Part shown: piece by piece, positions 47,275-55,750 of the stretch
How positions within the stretch are numbered: the stretch's first letter is position 1
How the letters are laid out: each line of letters begins with the position of its first letter
Assembly (NCBI GenBank): GCA_021300195.1
Contig: JAJTIE010000010.1
Span: forward strand, 15,605-79,604
Source of the DNA: Bacteroidota bacterium
Lineage (GTDB): Bacteria > Bacteroidota > Bacteroidia > J057 > JAJTIE01
DNA: 64,000 nt
Reading direction: 5' to 3'
The notes under the pieces: model-generated
What the model was told of the DNA's origin: nothing
What the model saw: the letters and a program-made list of their open reading frames with translations, nothing else
Databases searched by the model: none
Program-made: the position numbers and the translations under genes

Positions 47275-47307
47275 TTAACAATGATTTAACACGAAATTAA
47301 CACGAAA
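47275..47307. repeat. three head-to-tail 11-nt units beginning with TTAAC
   Basis: The units are TTAACAATGAT (47275-85), TTAACACGAAA (47286-96) and TTAACACGAAA (47297-307). Two further TTAAC motifs at 47443 and 47454 are also 11 nt apart. Confidence 0.75.
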
Positions 47308-47586
47308 AAGTTTCAGCGGCAAGCCTCCATCTACCAGGTTGTAGGTGTACAGGATTCAAAAAATTGATCTAAACAGTTGATTATAAAAAATTTGAAAGAA
47401 TACTGGTCACCCGAAAAAAGATCTTGTCTCCGAAAAAAATCCTTAACATTCCCTTAACGCACAGAGACAAAGGAGGTTCACCCGAACGGGCACAGACCAT
47501 GCAGCCGCCCCTGCCCTGGCAGGCCGAAGCCCTAGGGCAAGGGGCACACGGGCTATGAGGTAGCTGGATGTGTCTTCTTTTACCAC

Positions 47587-47621
47587 TTATCCACAGGCCC
47601 GGTGGAACAAGGGGTGGATAA
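47587..47621. promoter_or_regulatory. inverted pair of DnaA-box-like 9-mers upstream of holA
   Basis: TTATCCACA (47587-95) is a perfect consensus match. GGTGGATAA (47613-21) equals TTATCCACC on the other strand, an 8/9 match. A weaker GTGGAACAA lies at 47602-10. Confidence 0.4.
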
Positions 47622-47627
47622 GTACCG

Positions 47628-47635
47628 TATTTTTG
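47628..47635 (+). promoter_or_regulatory. candidate -7 promoter box (TAttTTTG) abutting the holA ATG
   Basis: It matches TAnnTTTG and ends 4 nt before the ATG at 47640, which implies a leaderless or near-leaderless mRNA. Confidence 0.35.
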
Positions 47636-47639
47636 CGGC

Positions 47640-48647
47640 ATGAGTCTGGCATCCATCGAGAAAGAAATACGCGCGGGCAAAATCGCGCCGGTATACTTTC
47701 TGTACGGAGAGGAGCCCTACTTTATAGACCAGCTGGCCGAGCTGCTGGAGCAGAAGGTGCTGGAGGGGGCCGACAAGAGCTTCAACATGGACGTGCTGCT
47801 GGGGCCAGAGACCTCGGCCAATCAGCTGATAACTGCCGCCCGCGCCTACCCCACCTTTGCCAGCCGCAGGCTGATCGTGGTAAAAGAAGCGCACAGCCTG
47901 GGCAAGGCGCATCTGGACAAAATAGGGGCCTACATAGAGCAGCCGCTGGAGACAACCGTGGTGGTGTTTCTGTACCGAAAAAAGAAGCCCGATGCCCGCA
48001 CCCGCTTTGGAAAGGCAGCCCTGCAAAAGGCTGTGGCCTTTGAGAGCAAGCGCCTGTACGACCGCAGCATACTCAGCTGGATAGAGGAGCACGTGGGCGC
48101 CGCCGGCTACAGCATAGAGCAGGAGGCCAACCTGCTGCTGAAGGAAGCACTGGGAAACAACCTGGCGCTGATAGACAATGAGCTGCGCAAGATGTACATC
48201 CACCTGCGGGCCAATGAGCACAGCCGGATAGACAAGTCGCTGATCTATGCATTCGTAAACATAGACCGAGAGTTCAATGTATTCGAACTGATCAACTACA
48301 TTGCCAGCCGCGATGTGGAGCGTGCGCACAAAACCATACACTACCTGACGCTGACGCGCAACAGTGGGGCTATAGGCATGCTGGTGCAGCTATACAACTA
48401 CTTCAGCACCCTGGCCATGCTGCGGCAGCAGCGGCTGCAGAGTGAGCAGGCCATCTGTCAGGCGCTGAAGATTCAGCCCTTCTTTGCCAAAAACTTTGTA
48501 ACCGGTGTACGCCAGTACGACCTGCGACGCATCCGCGCCAATATGTCCAACATCCTGGAGGCCGATATGCAGCTAAAGGGCGTGCACAACACTAGGATGA
48601 GTGAGGCCCACGTGATGAAAACACTGGTGTACCGGCTGGTGCAGTAG
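47640..48647 (+). CDS. holA: DNA polymerase III delta subunit
   Basis: It has a HolA-like N-terminus (IRAGKIAPVYFLYGEEPYFIDQL) and is 335 aa with an all-helical C-terminal domain. Confidence 0.8.
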   Translation: MSLASIEKEIRAGKIAPVYFLYGEEPYFIDQLAELLEQKVLEGADKSFNMDVLLGPETSANQLITAARAYPTFASRRLIVVKEAHSLGKAHLDKIGAYIEQPLETTVVVFLYRKKKPDARTRFGKAALQKAVAFESKRLYDRSILSWIEEHVGAAGYSIEQEANLLLKEALGNNLALIDNELRKMYIHLRANEHSRIDKSLIYAFVNIDREFNVFELINYIASRDVERAHKTIHYLTLTRNSGAIGMLVQLYNYFSTLAMLRQQRLQSEQAICQALKIQPFFAKNFVTGVRQYDLRRIRANMSNILEADMQLKGVHNTRMSEAHVMKTLVYRLVQ

Positions 48648-49983
48648 GCCCGCCCGCGGGTAGCCCGCCTATATACCGGGCTGCCTGCCTGCCCTGCTCT
48701 ACAGCCGCGTTTACAGTGGGGCCGTAGGGCAGCAGCTGGCTAAAGTTGACCACAAAGAGCCCCGGGTACGGACTCTGAAACGGTACCTGCACCTCGGAAT
48801 AGCGGATGATGGGCACGGCCTGTGCATAGGGTTTCCGGTATAGGCGCATGTGCTGGATGGCGGTGCGGTCCAATGCTGGAAAAACCTTTTGCACATATTC
48901 CATATACAGATTGCTCAGCTCATCCTCGTCCATCCACATCTGCTCATCCTCGTGCGGGCGGTAGCCGTAGGCATAGTATACATGCAGCGGCCCATGGGAT
49001 TCATCGCCCGCCAGTGCACTGTGGTGCACCAGCATGGAAAATGGGGCGTGTGTATCGGCCACATAGTGCTCATAGTGGGTAGTGAGCTGCTGCCGCGTGG
49101 TAAAGAGCAGAGACACTACCCCCTGGTAGGGTATGGCCTGTAGCTTGTAGGCGTACGCCCTATCGGCCTGGGGCACATCCAGTATCCTTGCCAGTGTAGC
49201 GCCTGGCAGTGTGGATAGCACCTGCTGAAAGTGGTGTGGTTGCCCATTTACCTGCACCAGCCATCCGGCATCGGTTTTTTGTAGCAGGCCTACCTCGGCC
49301 CCACAGCATACACGCACGCCGCGGTGCGATATCCGGTGCACTAGGGCCTCGGTAACGCGATGAAACCCGCCAATGGGGTACCCCAGCATCTGCCTGCCTT
49401 GGTAGAACCTGCGGCTGCGGGCCTTCAGGTTGGCCCAAAACCAGGCCATGTTTACGGCATGCATGTGCAGGTAGAACCGAGAGCGCAAGATAGGCTCCCA
49501 GATAGCCCGATACACCCCACGGCCAAACAGCCTGCGCGTGTAGAGCGCGGCAGGCCGCCGCTCCAGCTTGCGCGGATGGCTAAGGTACTTGAGGTAGGTA
49601 TAGCCGGCAAGGAGCACCAGCCGCTGCAGAAACCGGAGGGGCCTTAGCCGGAGAACAGACCAGACGGAGTGCACGCCATAGGCCCGATCTCGGAGGATAA
49701 CAGCGGTGCGTATGGGCCGCCAGCGCAGCTGCTGCTCCATGCCCAGGTCTGTCATCAGGCTGAGCAGGGAAGTATCTGACCGATGGAAGCTGTGGGGCAC
49801 ACGCTCGTACACCACCTGCCCCAGCTGTGTGCCCTGGCTAAAGCCCCCTACCTGCGCTTCTTTTTCAAACAAGGTAACCTGGTAGCCCAAGCGGGAGAGG
49901 TAGTAGGCCGCCGAATAGTAGGCCGCCGAAAGACCAGAATAACCCCCACCCAAAATGGCTATTGTGCGTTTGCTCTCCTCCAT
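48592..49983 (-). CDS. FAD-dependent oxidoreductase (amine-oxidase / phytoene-desaturase / PPO-like superfamily)
   Basis: It has an N-terminal dinucleotide-binding motif (IAILGGGYSGLSAAYY...VTLFEKEAQVGG) and a C-terminal FAD motif region (FVVNFSQLLPYGPTVNAAVEQG). Its 3' end overlaps the holA 3' end by 56 nt. Confidence 0.75.
   Translation of the reverse strand: MEESKRTIAILGGGYSGLSAAYYSAAYYLSRLGYQVTLFEKEAQVGGFSQGTQLGQVVYERVPHSFHRSDTSLLSLMTDLGMEQQLRWRPIRTAVILRDRAYGVHSVWSVLRLRPLRFLQRLVLLAGYTYLKYLSHPRKLERRPAALYTRRLFGRGVYRAIWEPILRSRFYLHMHAVNMAWFWANLKARSRRFYQGRQMLGYPIGGFHRVTEALVHRISHRGVRVCCGAEVGLLQKTDAGWLVQVNGQPHHFQQVLSTLPGATLARILDVPQADRAYAYKLQAIPYQGVVSLLFTTRQQLTTHYEHYVADTHAPFSMLVHHSALAGDESHGPLHVYYAYGYRPHEDEQMWMDEDELSNLYMEYVQKVFPALDRTAIQHMRLYRKPYAQAVPIIRYSEVQVPFQSPYPGLFVVNFSQLLPYGPTVNAAVEQGRQAARYIGGLPAGGPTAPAGTPVFSSRGPHSS
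49901..49930 (-). repeat. perfect 15-bp tandem duplication (TAGTAGGCCGCCGAA x2 on the plus strand) inside the FAD-binding helix
   Basis: The two copies at 49901-15 and 49916-30 are identical. They encode SAAYY-SAAYY in frame. Confidence 0.9.
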
Positions 49984-50143
49984 GCCGGTAAAGTATTGAA
50001 TGTGCCCAAAGAGAACGTAGGAAAAAATACCGACAGTCTATGTCGGCAACCTCCGTTCATGTACCTAACATAAACAATTCAGGCAATATTTTCAATATAC
50101 CGAAACAAACATGCATAAAATAGCAACAAAACAAGTCATTCGT

Positions 50144-50181
50144 CGACAAAAAAGAAAACAAGAGCCCCTATATTCAGGGGC
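50144..50181 (-). terminator. candidate intrinsic terminator downstream of purS
   Basis: On the minus strand, GCCCCT pairs with AGGGGC around a 6-nt loop, followed by TCTTGTTTTCTTTTTTG. Confidence 0.5.
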
Positions 50182-50289
50182 GTTAAGACGCCTGTGCTTT
50201 ACATAAGCACCTGTATTTTATGCCAGGAATAAGCGACCAGGCTACCATGAGACAGAGGCCTGTGGGCGCACCGCCACTAGCAGCGTGTA

Positions 50290-50547
50290 CTAGCCCACAA
50301 GCTGTGGTTGCTCCAGCTCAAACACCTCGGTTATCGGGTTGGCCAGCAGCTTGTGTGCAGCCTGCTGGGCCTGCTGGCTCGCAGCCTCGGGGTTGGGGGC
50401 CTCTACAGTTAGCAGGATTCGCTTGCCCACCCGTACCTGCCGGATGGCAGAAAACTCCATGTGGTGCAGCCCGTTTAGCGTAGCCTTACCCTGCGGATCC
50501 AGGATCTCGGGGTGCGGAAGTACATTGACGTATACCGTGAAAGTCAT
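50290..50547 (-). CDS. purS: phosphoribosylformylglycinamidine synthase subunit PurS
   Basis: This 85-aa protein shows the PurS pattern (VYVNVLPHPEILDPQGKATLNGLHHMEF...VRVGKRILLTVEA). I chose the start at MTFTVYV. Confidence 0.85.
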   Translation of the reverse strand: MTFTVYVNVLPHPEILDPQGKATLNGLHHMEFSAIRQVRVGKRILLTVEAPNPEAASQQAQQAAHKLLANPITEVFELEQPQLVG

Positions 50548-50673
50548 GATGCAAACAGAAAAGCAGGCCAAAGCCAGCCCACAGCACAAAGATGCAATAA
50601 AAATAGGATGAAACAGTTGGGACAACCCGATGTTTGACACCCGAGTCTGAAAAAAGATTTTTAGCCCATAGCT

Positions 50674-50695
50674 ATTTTCAATTTGAATTGAAAAT
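50674..50695. promoter_or_regulatory. perfect 22-nt palindrome ATTTTCAATT-TG-AATTGAAAAT (candidate operator)
   Basis: I verified by hand that the 10-nt arms are exact reverse complements. It lies in the purS / radical-SAM divergent spacer. Confidence 0.35.
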
Positions 50696-50759
50696 ACGAA
50701 CTTCGCGTTGTACGCAGTAGGCCATTCGGCTCTTCGTGCACATTTTTTTTCTCGACTGT

Positions 50760-51881
50760 ATGAACACCACTGCCATTTTTGACAAAGCCCTGCGCCTGGA
50801 GTTTATCACACACGAAGAGGCCAGGTTTCTGTATCAGCAGGCGGCACTGCCCGACATGATGTATGTGGCGAACGAAATACGAAAAATAAAAAAGGCCGAA
50901 ACAGCAGGCATTGTAACCTGGCAGATAGACCGGAACGTGAACACAACCAATGTGTGTGTGGCCAACTGCAAGTTCTGCAACTTCTTCCGCGTGCCCGGCC
51001 ATCCCGATGCATATATTACAGACGACGATACCTACAGGCGGAAGATAGAAGAGATGCTGGCCCTGGGGGGCGACCAGCTGCTGCTACAGGGGGGGCACCA
51101 CCCCGAGCTGGGGATAGAATGGTACGAGGCTCTGTTTAGCAAACTGAAAAGCTGGTATCCGCAGGTAAAGCTGCATGCGCTGGGCCCGCCGGAGATTGTG
51201 CACATTAGCGAGCTGAGCAAGCTGAGCTACTACGACACCCTGCAGCGCCTGCAGCAGGCGGGGCTGGATAGCCTGCCCGGAGCGGGGGCCGAGATCCTGA
51301 ATGACCGGGTGCGCAGGCTGATCTCGAACGGCAAGTGCAGCGGCAGCGAGTGGCTGGAGGTAATGCGCCAGGCACACCGGCTGAACATCTCTACCTCGGC
51401 CACCATGATGTTTGGCCACATCGAAACCCTGGATGAGCGGATAGAGCACCTGCTGTGGCTGCGCGGGGTACAGGCAGAGCGGCCCGAAGGGCACGTGGGC
51501 TTTCGCGCCTTTATACCCTGGCCCTACCAGGACGACGGAACCCTGCTACAGCGTGTAAAGGGCATCCGCAATGATGTGAGTGCCCACGAGTACCTGCAGA
51601 CCCTGGCCCTGTGCCGCATCTTGCTGGTAAATATTGAGAATATACAGGTAAGCTGGCTAACTGTGGGCCCCAAGGTGGCCCAGGCCGCCCTGTATGGCGG
51701 GGCGAACGATATGGGTAGCATCATGATCGAGGAAAATGTGGTGAGTGCAGCCGGGGCACCTTTCCGTTTCAGCAGCACCGAGATACAGGCCTGCATCCAG
51801 CAGGCGGGCTTTACCCCCAGGCTGCGCGACCAGCAGTACCGTTTTCGCGAGCAGCCAGCCGGGGTATCTATCCTGGCCTAG
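50760..51881 (+). CDS. radical-SAM enzyme of the MqnC/MqnE/CofH family (futalosine-pathway menaquinone biosynthesis type)
   Basis: It has the CVANCKFCNF cluster motif, LLLQGGHHP and LPGAGAEIL. I cannot discriminate MqnC from MqnE by eye. Confidence 0.75.
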   Translation: MNTTAIFDKALRLEFITHEEARFLYQQAALPDMMYVANEIRKIKKAETAGIVTWQIDRNVNTTNVCVANCKFCNFFRVPGHPDAYITDDDTYRRKIEEMLALGGDQLLLQGGHHPELGIEWYEALFSKLKSWYPQVKLHALGPPEIVHISELSKLSYYDTLQRLQQAGLDSLPGAGAEILNDRVRRLISNGKCSGSEWLEVMRQAHRLNISTSATMMFGHIETLDERIEHLLWLRGVQAERPEGHVGFRAFIPWPYQDDGTLLQRVKGIRNDVSAHEYLQTLALCRILLVNIENIQVSWLTVGPKVAQAALYGGANDMGSIMIEENVVSAAGAPFRFSSTEIQACIQQAGFTPRLRDQQYRFREQPAGVSILA

Positions 51882-52093
51882 CCAGGGCCGCCAGGCGGAT
51901 GTAAATGTGCAACCGGTGGCGACGTGCATACACAGGTGGATAACCCACCTACGCTGGGCAGTGGGCTGGCGTTACGGGTAGGGAGACCGATCAGAACGCC
52001 AAACAAGGTACGCGCTCAATACGGAAGCAGCTTGTCTATGCGGTGGAATAGCCCGCTATACTGCTTGGCAAGGCTTTGCCCCCCCCCACCCGC

Positions 52094-53941
52094 CTAGCCC
52101 GCATGCTGGCGGTACCAGAGCTGGAAAAAGACGAGAGCCGTAATGCGTTTTCCGTGGTAGGGGTTCCTGCCCGACTGGTATGCCTGCACCCACTGCTGCA
52201 CCACACGGGGGTCGAAAATATCCTGGCGCTTGAGGTGCTCCGGGTTCAGAAGTTCGTCTACCAGATACCTCAATTCACCGTTTAGCCACTCTGCCACTGG
52301 GGCTGGGAAACCCCACTTCCTTCTATACACCAGCTCGTTCGGCAGGTAGTGTGCCAGTAGCTTCTTGGGCAGATACTTCTGTACGCCGGCGTGGTACTTG
52401 TACGAAACGGGTAGCGAAAGTGCGTGCTCCACCACCTGATGGTCCAGGTAGGGCACTCGCACCTCCAGTCCATGTGCCATGCTGGCTATGTCTACCTTGT
52501 ACAGCAGGTCGTTGGCCAGGTAGTGCCGGATGTCAAATAGGCTGATCTTCTCCCAGGGGTGTAGGGGCAGCTGCTGTATGGCATGCCAGTCGGCAGCCAG
52601 GGTACTGTGGGTGTAGGGGCGGCGCGTTAGCCTTCCTACCTCGCCCTGGGTAAACATGTCTTGCTGCTGGCTCCATACATGTAGCCAGTCGGTATCCGTA
52701 CCAGGGCCGTCGAACACGCGGGCAGCGCGCCGCTTGCGTGCGTCGCCCTGGCTTAGTAGCCAGGCCACGGCCTTGCGGCCCAGCCAGCCCATGCGGCTCA
52801 CCCGCTGGTAGCGGGCCCACCAGTGGTAGTAGCCATAACCCATGTATAGTTCATCTGCGCCATCGCCGCTCAGGGCCACGGTTACCTGCCTGCGTGCCAC
52901 CTGAGACAGCAGGAGCATGGGCAGGATCCCACTTACCGCAAAAGGCTCGTCGTAGTGCGCAAAGAGGCTGGGTACGTGTTCTCGCGCATCGGCCAGCAGC
53001 AGCTGGGTGGTGTGCTGCCGGGTGCCCAGTTGCAGGGCCACCTGCTCCGCATAGTTGCTCTCGTCGTACTGGGGTGCATCAAAGCCGATGGTAAATGTAT
53101 GCGCTGCCTGTCCACTCTGTGCCTGGTACAGGGCAGCGATCAGGCTACTATCTGTACCCCCACTGAGAAAGGTACCCAGGGGAACATCTGCTATGCTGCA
53201 GTACCCTACGGCCTGCTGCAGCCGGTCCTGCAGCAGGGCTACGGCCTCCTGCTCGGGCAGTGCCTGCCGGTGCTGCACGTGGCTTAGCACACTGTAGTAG
53301 GCTGCCAGCTGCACCCCCCGGGCCGACACCCTGAGGTAATGGCCGGGTGGCAGCTTGCGGGCCTGCTGCCAGATGGTGCGGTCTCCGGGCACGTATTCCA
53401 GAAAGAGGTAATCTTGCAGGCTCTGCACGTCCAGCTCCAGGGCTACCGGCAGTGCCTGCAGCGCCTTTAGCTCGCTGGCAAAGGCAAAGCGGCCGCCCTG
53501 CTGCCAGTACACCAGGGGCTTGATCCCCATACGGTCTCGTATGAGCAGCAGCGACTGCTCGTGCCTATCGTACAGGGCTGTGGCAAACATGCCATTGAAG
53601 CGTGCCACTGCCTGTATTCCTTCCAGCGCCAGGGCCTCTAGCACCACCTCTGTATCGCCCGTGGTGCGCAGCTGCAGGCCCAGGTCTCGGGCTACCTGCT
53701 TGTAGTTATATACCTCGCCGTTGTACACCAGCACATAGCGCCCGTCTCTGGAGGTCATGGGCTGGTTGGCCGCCGTAGATAGGTCCAGGATACTCAGCCT
53801 GCGGTGGCCCAGGCCCACAGGCCCCTCTAGCCAGTGGCCCTCCGCGTCGGGCCCCCGGTGCGCTATGGCATCGGTCATGTGCTGTAGGTTCTGGCGGTCG
53901 AAACCACCATGCGGATCATAAAAGCCGGCTATGCCACACAT
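52094..53941 (-). CDS. asnB: asparagine synthase (glutamine-hydrolysing)
   Basis: It has the N-terminal MCGIAG nucleophile, a GATase-II domain and the synthetase motif FLSGGTDSS. Confidence 0.9.
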   Translation of the reverse strand: MCGIAGFYDPHGGFDRQNLQHMTDAIAHRGPDAEGHWLEGPVGLGHRRLSILDLSTAANQPMTSRDGRYVLVYNGEVYNYKQVARDLGLQLRTTGDTEVVLEALALEGIQAVARFNGMFATALYDRHEQSLLLIRDRMGIKPLVYWQQGGRFAFASELKALQALPVALELDVQSLQDYLFLEYVPGDRTIWQQARKLPPGHYLRVSARGVQLAAYYSVLSHVQHRQALPEQEAVALLQDRLQQAVGYCSIADVPLGTFLSGGTDSSLIAALYQAQSGQAAHTFTIGFDAPQYDESNYAEQVALQLGTRQHTTQLLLADAREHVPSLFAHYDEPFAVSGILPMLLLSQVARRQVTVALSGDGADELYMGYGYYHWWARYQRVSRMGWLGRKAVAWLLSQGDARKRRAARVFDGPGTDTDWLHVWSQQQDMFTQGEVGRLTRRPYTHSTLAADWHAIQQLPLHPWEKISLFDIRHYLANDLLYKVDIASMAHGLEVRVPYLDHQVVEHALSLPVSYKYHAGVQKYLPKKLLAHYLPNELVYRRKWGFPAPVAEWLNGELRYLVDELLNPEHLKRQDIFDPRVVQQWVQAYQSGRNPYHGKRITALVFFQLWYRQHAG

Positions 53942-53944
53942 ACG

Positions 53945-55195
53945 CTAGATACTCGCCGCATGGAGGAGCTCCAGCTCCATAAAATCCATATTGAACATAC
54001 GGGCCAGGCTGCGCTGGGTAAGGTAGCGGTGGTATACATAGATGCCGGTGCGAATATAGGGATCGGTCTTAATCATGTTTTGGATACTCCCGGCATCGCC
54101 TATACGCAGGATGAGTGGGGTAAGGATATTGCTAACGGCATTGCTGCTGGTGCGGGGTACGCGGCTGGCAATATTGGGCACACAGTAGTGTACCACGTCG
54201 TGCCGCACATAGGTGGGGCGGTCGTGTGTGGTTACCTCGCAGGTCTCGATACAGCCGCCCTGGTCTATAGACACATCCACGATTACGCTGCGCTCGTTCA
54301 TCTGCATCACCATATCCTCAGTTACAATGCAGGGTGTGCGCACACCCGGTACGTGTACGGCACCAATCAGTACATCGGCCTGGGCTACGGCTTCCTCTAT
54401 ATAGTCTCGCTGGCTTACTGCGGTCCATATTTTTTGGCCCAGCTTCTGCTCCAGCATTTGCAGCTTGTGCACCTCGCTGTCTATCACCCGTACGTGTGCG
54501 CCCAGTGCCATGGCTGTCCGGGTGGCATGGTAGCCCACGGTGCCGGCACCCAGTATGGTAACCTGGCAGGGGGGTATGCCGGTAATGCCGCCCAGTAGGG
54601 TACCCTTTCCGCCACCGGTATAGCTTAGCAGCTCGGCGGCAATGTGTATGCTGGATATGCCGGCTATCTCGCTCATCATGCGCACCAGGGGCTGGCTCCC
54701 GTCTGCCGCCTGCATAAACTCGAAGCCGATGGCCGTTACGTTCTTCTGCATCAGCTGCTTCAGGTAGTCGGGCTTTATGGCACCCAGGTGCACGGCCGAG
54801 ATCAGTATCTGCCGGGGCTGTAGCAGCTTCAGCTCATCATAGTCCAGGGGGGTTATCTTTACAATGATGTTCGCCTTTTGGTACAGCTCAGCTTCGCTAT
54901 AGGCTATGCTGGCACCCGCCTCGGTGTACTCCCGGTCGGTGTACTGGGCACCGGCCCCTGCCTGGTGCTCTATCAGCACCTGGTGGCCGTTCGCTACCAG
55001 CACACCGGCAGCCTTGGGTGTAATGGCCACCCGGTTCTCCTGCAGGCTGCGCTCCTTGGGTACACCAATGATGAACTTCTGTTTTTGCTCGCGAATGCGA
55101 GCTGGCTGCTCCAGCGTAGCTGTAAACACCGAAGGATCAACCCCTTTTTTGAGCAACTCCGGATTAAACTCGGGATTATGCGGTACAGATGGCAT
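53945..55195 (-). CDS. ald: alanine dehydrogenase family protein with a roughly 40-aa N-terminal extension
   Basis: It shows close pattern similarity to Ald (IIGVPKE..ENRVAITP, ILGAGTVG, DVSIDQGGC, VHYCVPNI). Confidence 0.75.
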   Translation of the reverse strand: MPSVPHNPEFNPELLKKGVDPSVFTATLEQPARIREQKQKFIIGVPKERSLQENRVAITPKAAGVLVANGHQVLIEHQAGAGAQYTDREYTEAGASIAYSEAELYQKANIIVKITPLDYDELKLLQPRQILISAVHLGAIKPDYLKQLMQKNVTAIGFEFMQAADGSQPLVRMMSEIAGISSIHIAAELLSYTGGGKGTLLGGITGIPPCQVTILGAGTVGYHATRTAMALGAHVRVIDSEVHKLQMLEQKLGQKIWTAVSQRDYIEEAVAQADVLIGAVHVPGVRTPCIVTEDMVMQMNERSVIVDVSIDQGGCIETCEVTTHDRPTYVRHDVVHYCVPNIASRVPRTSSNAVSNILTPLILRIGDAGSIQNMIKTDPYIRTGIYVYHRYLTQRSLARMFNMDFMELELLHAASI

Positions 55196-55199
55196 GCAC

Positions 55200-55643
55200 T
55201 CAAATATAAGACTCCAGTTGCAATTTACGTGTATGTATATCTATTACTGATAAAGAAAAAAACACACTGCCCGGGGGTAGCCAGTGCAGGATGCGCTCGG
55301 GCCACTCTATCAGGCAGATATCGTCTCCCTCCAGGTAATCTGCCAGGCCCGTTTCCAGCAGTTCAGCCTCTGTCTCCAGGCGGTGCAGGTCCATGTGGTA
55401 TACTGTGCCGGCTGCTGTGTGGTACACATTCACTAGGCTATAGGTGGGGCTGGTAACCGGCTGGGTATACCCCAGTGCCTGCACCAGTGCCTGTACCAGG
55501 CTAGTTTTTCCGGCCCCCATGGGCCCGCCCAGGGCCCATACCCGGGGGGCTGGCTGCCACAGTGCCCACAGCCGCCGTGCCAGGGCGGGCAGCTCGGCCT
55601 GGGTGTAGGCGCAGGCAAAAACAGCGGGCTGATCGGGTTTCAC
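55200..55643 (-). CDS. tsaE: tRNA t6A37 biosynthesis ATPase TsaE
   Basis: It has the Walker A motif GPMGAGKTS, SPTYSLV and HMDLHRL. Confidence 0.8.
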   Translation of the reverse strand: MKPDQPAVFACAYTQAELPALARRLWALWQPAPRVWALGGPMGAGKTSLVQALVQALGYTQPVTSPTYSLVNVYHTAAGTVYHMDLHRLETEAELLETGLADYLEGDDICLIEWPERILHWLPPGSVFFSLSVIDIHTRKLQLESYI

Positions 55644-55750
55644 GAAACAATAAGCAGGCGTGAAGGTAGCAGGTATTGAACGTCAAAATCAAATCGTATT
55701 GTATTGCGACGGCTTCAATAAGCAAATTCTCCATCTTGCTGCCTGCCGCC

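Noticed and set aside
47235-47639. The AT-rich spacer with DnaA-box-like sites, considered as the chromosomal origin oriC.
   Set aside because: It has only one perfect box plus one or two imperfect ones. There is no clear switch in gene orientation around it: the genes after holA are again mostly on the minus strand. Neither dnaA nor dnaN is nearby. I kept it only as a candidate regulatory region, and genome-wide GC skew would be needed to revisit the question.
48592-48647. A 56-nt convergent overlap between the 3' ends of holA and the FAD oxidoreductase gene.
   Set aside because: The overlap is most simply explained by a non-conserved Pro/Gly/Ser-rich C-terminal tail on the oxidoreductase that runs on to the first available stop. 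Nothing suggests a functional antisense arrangement.
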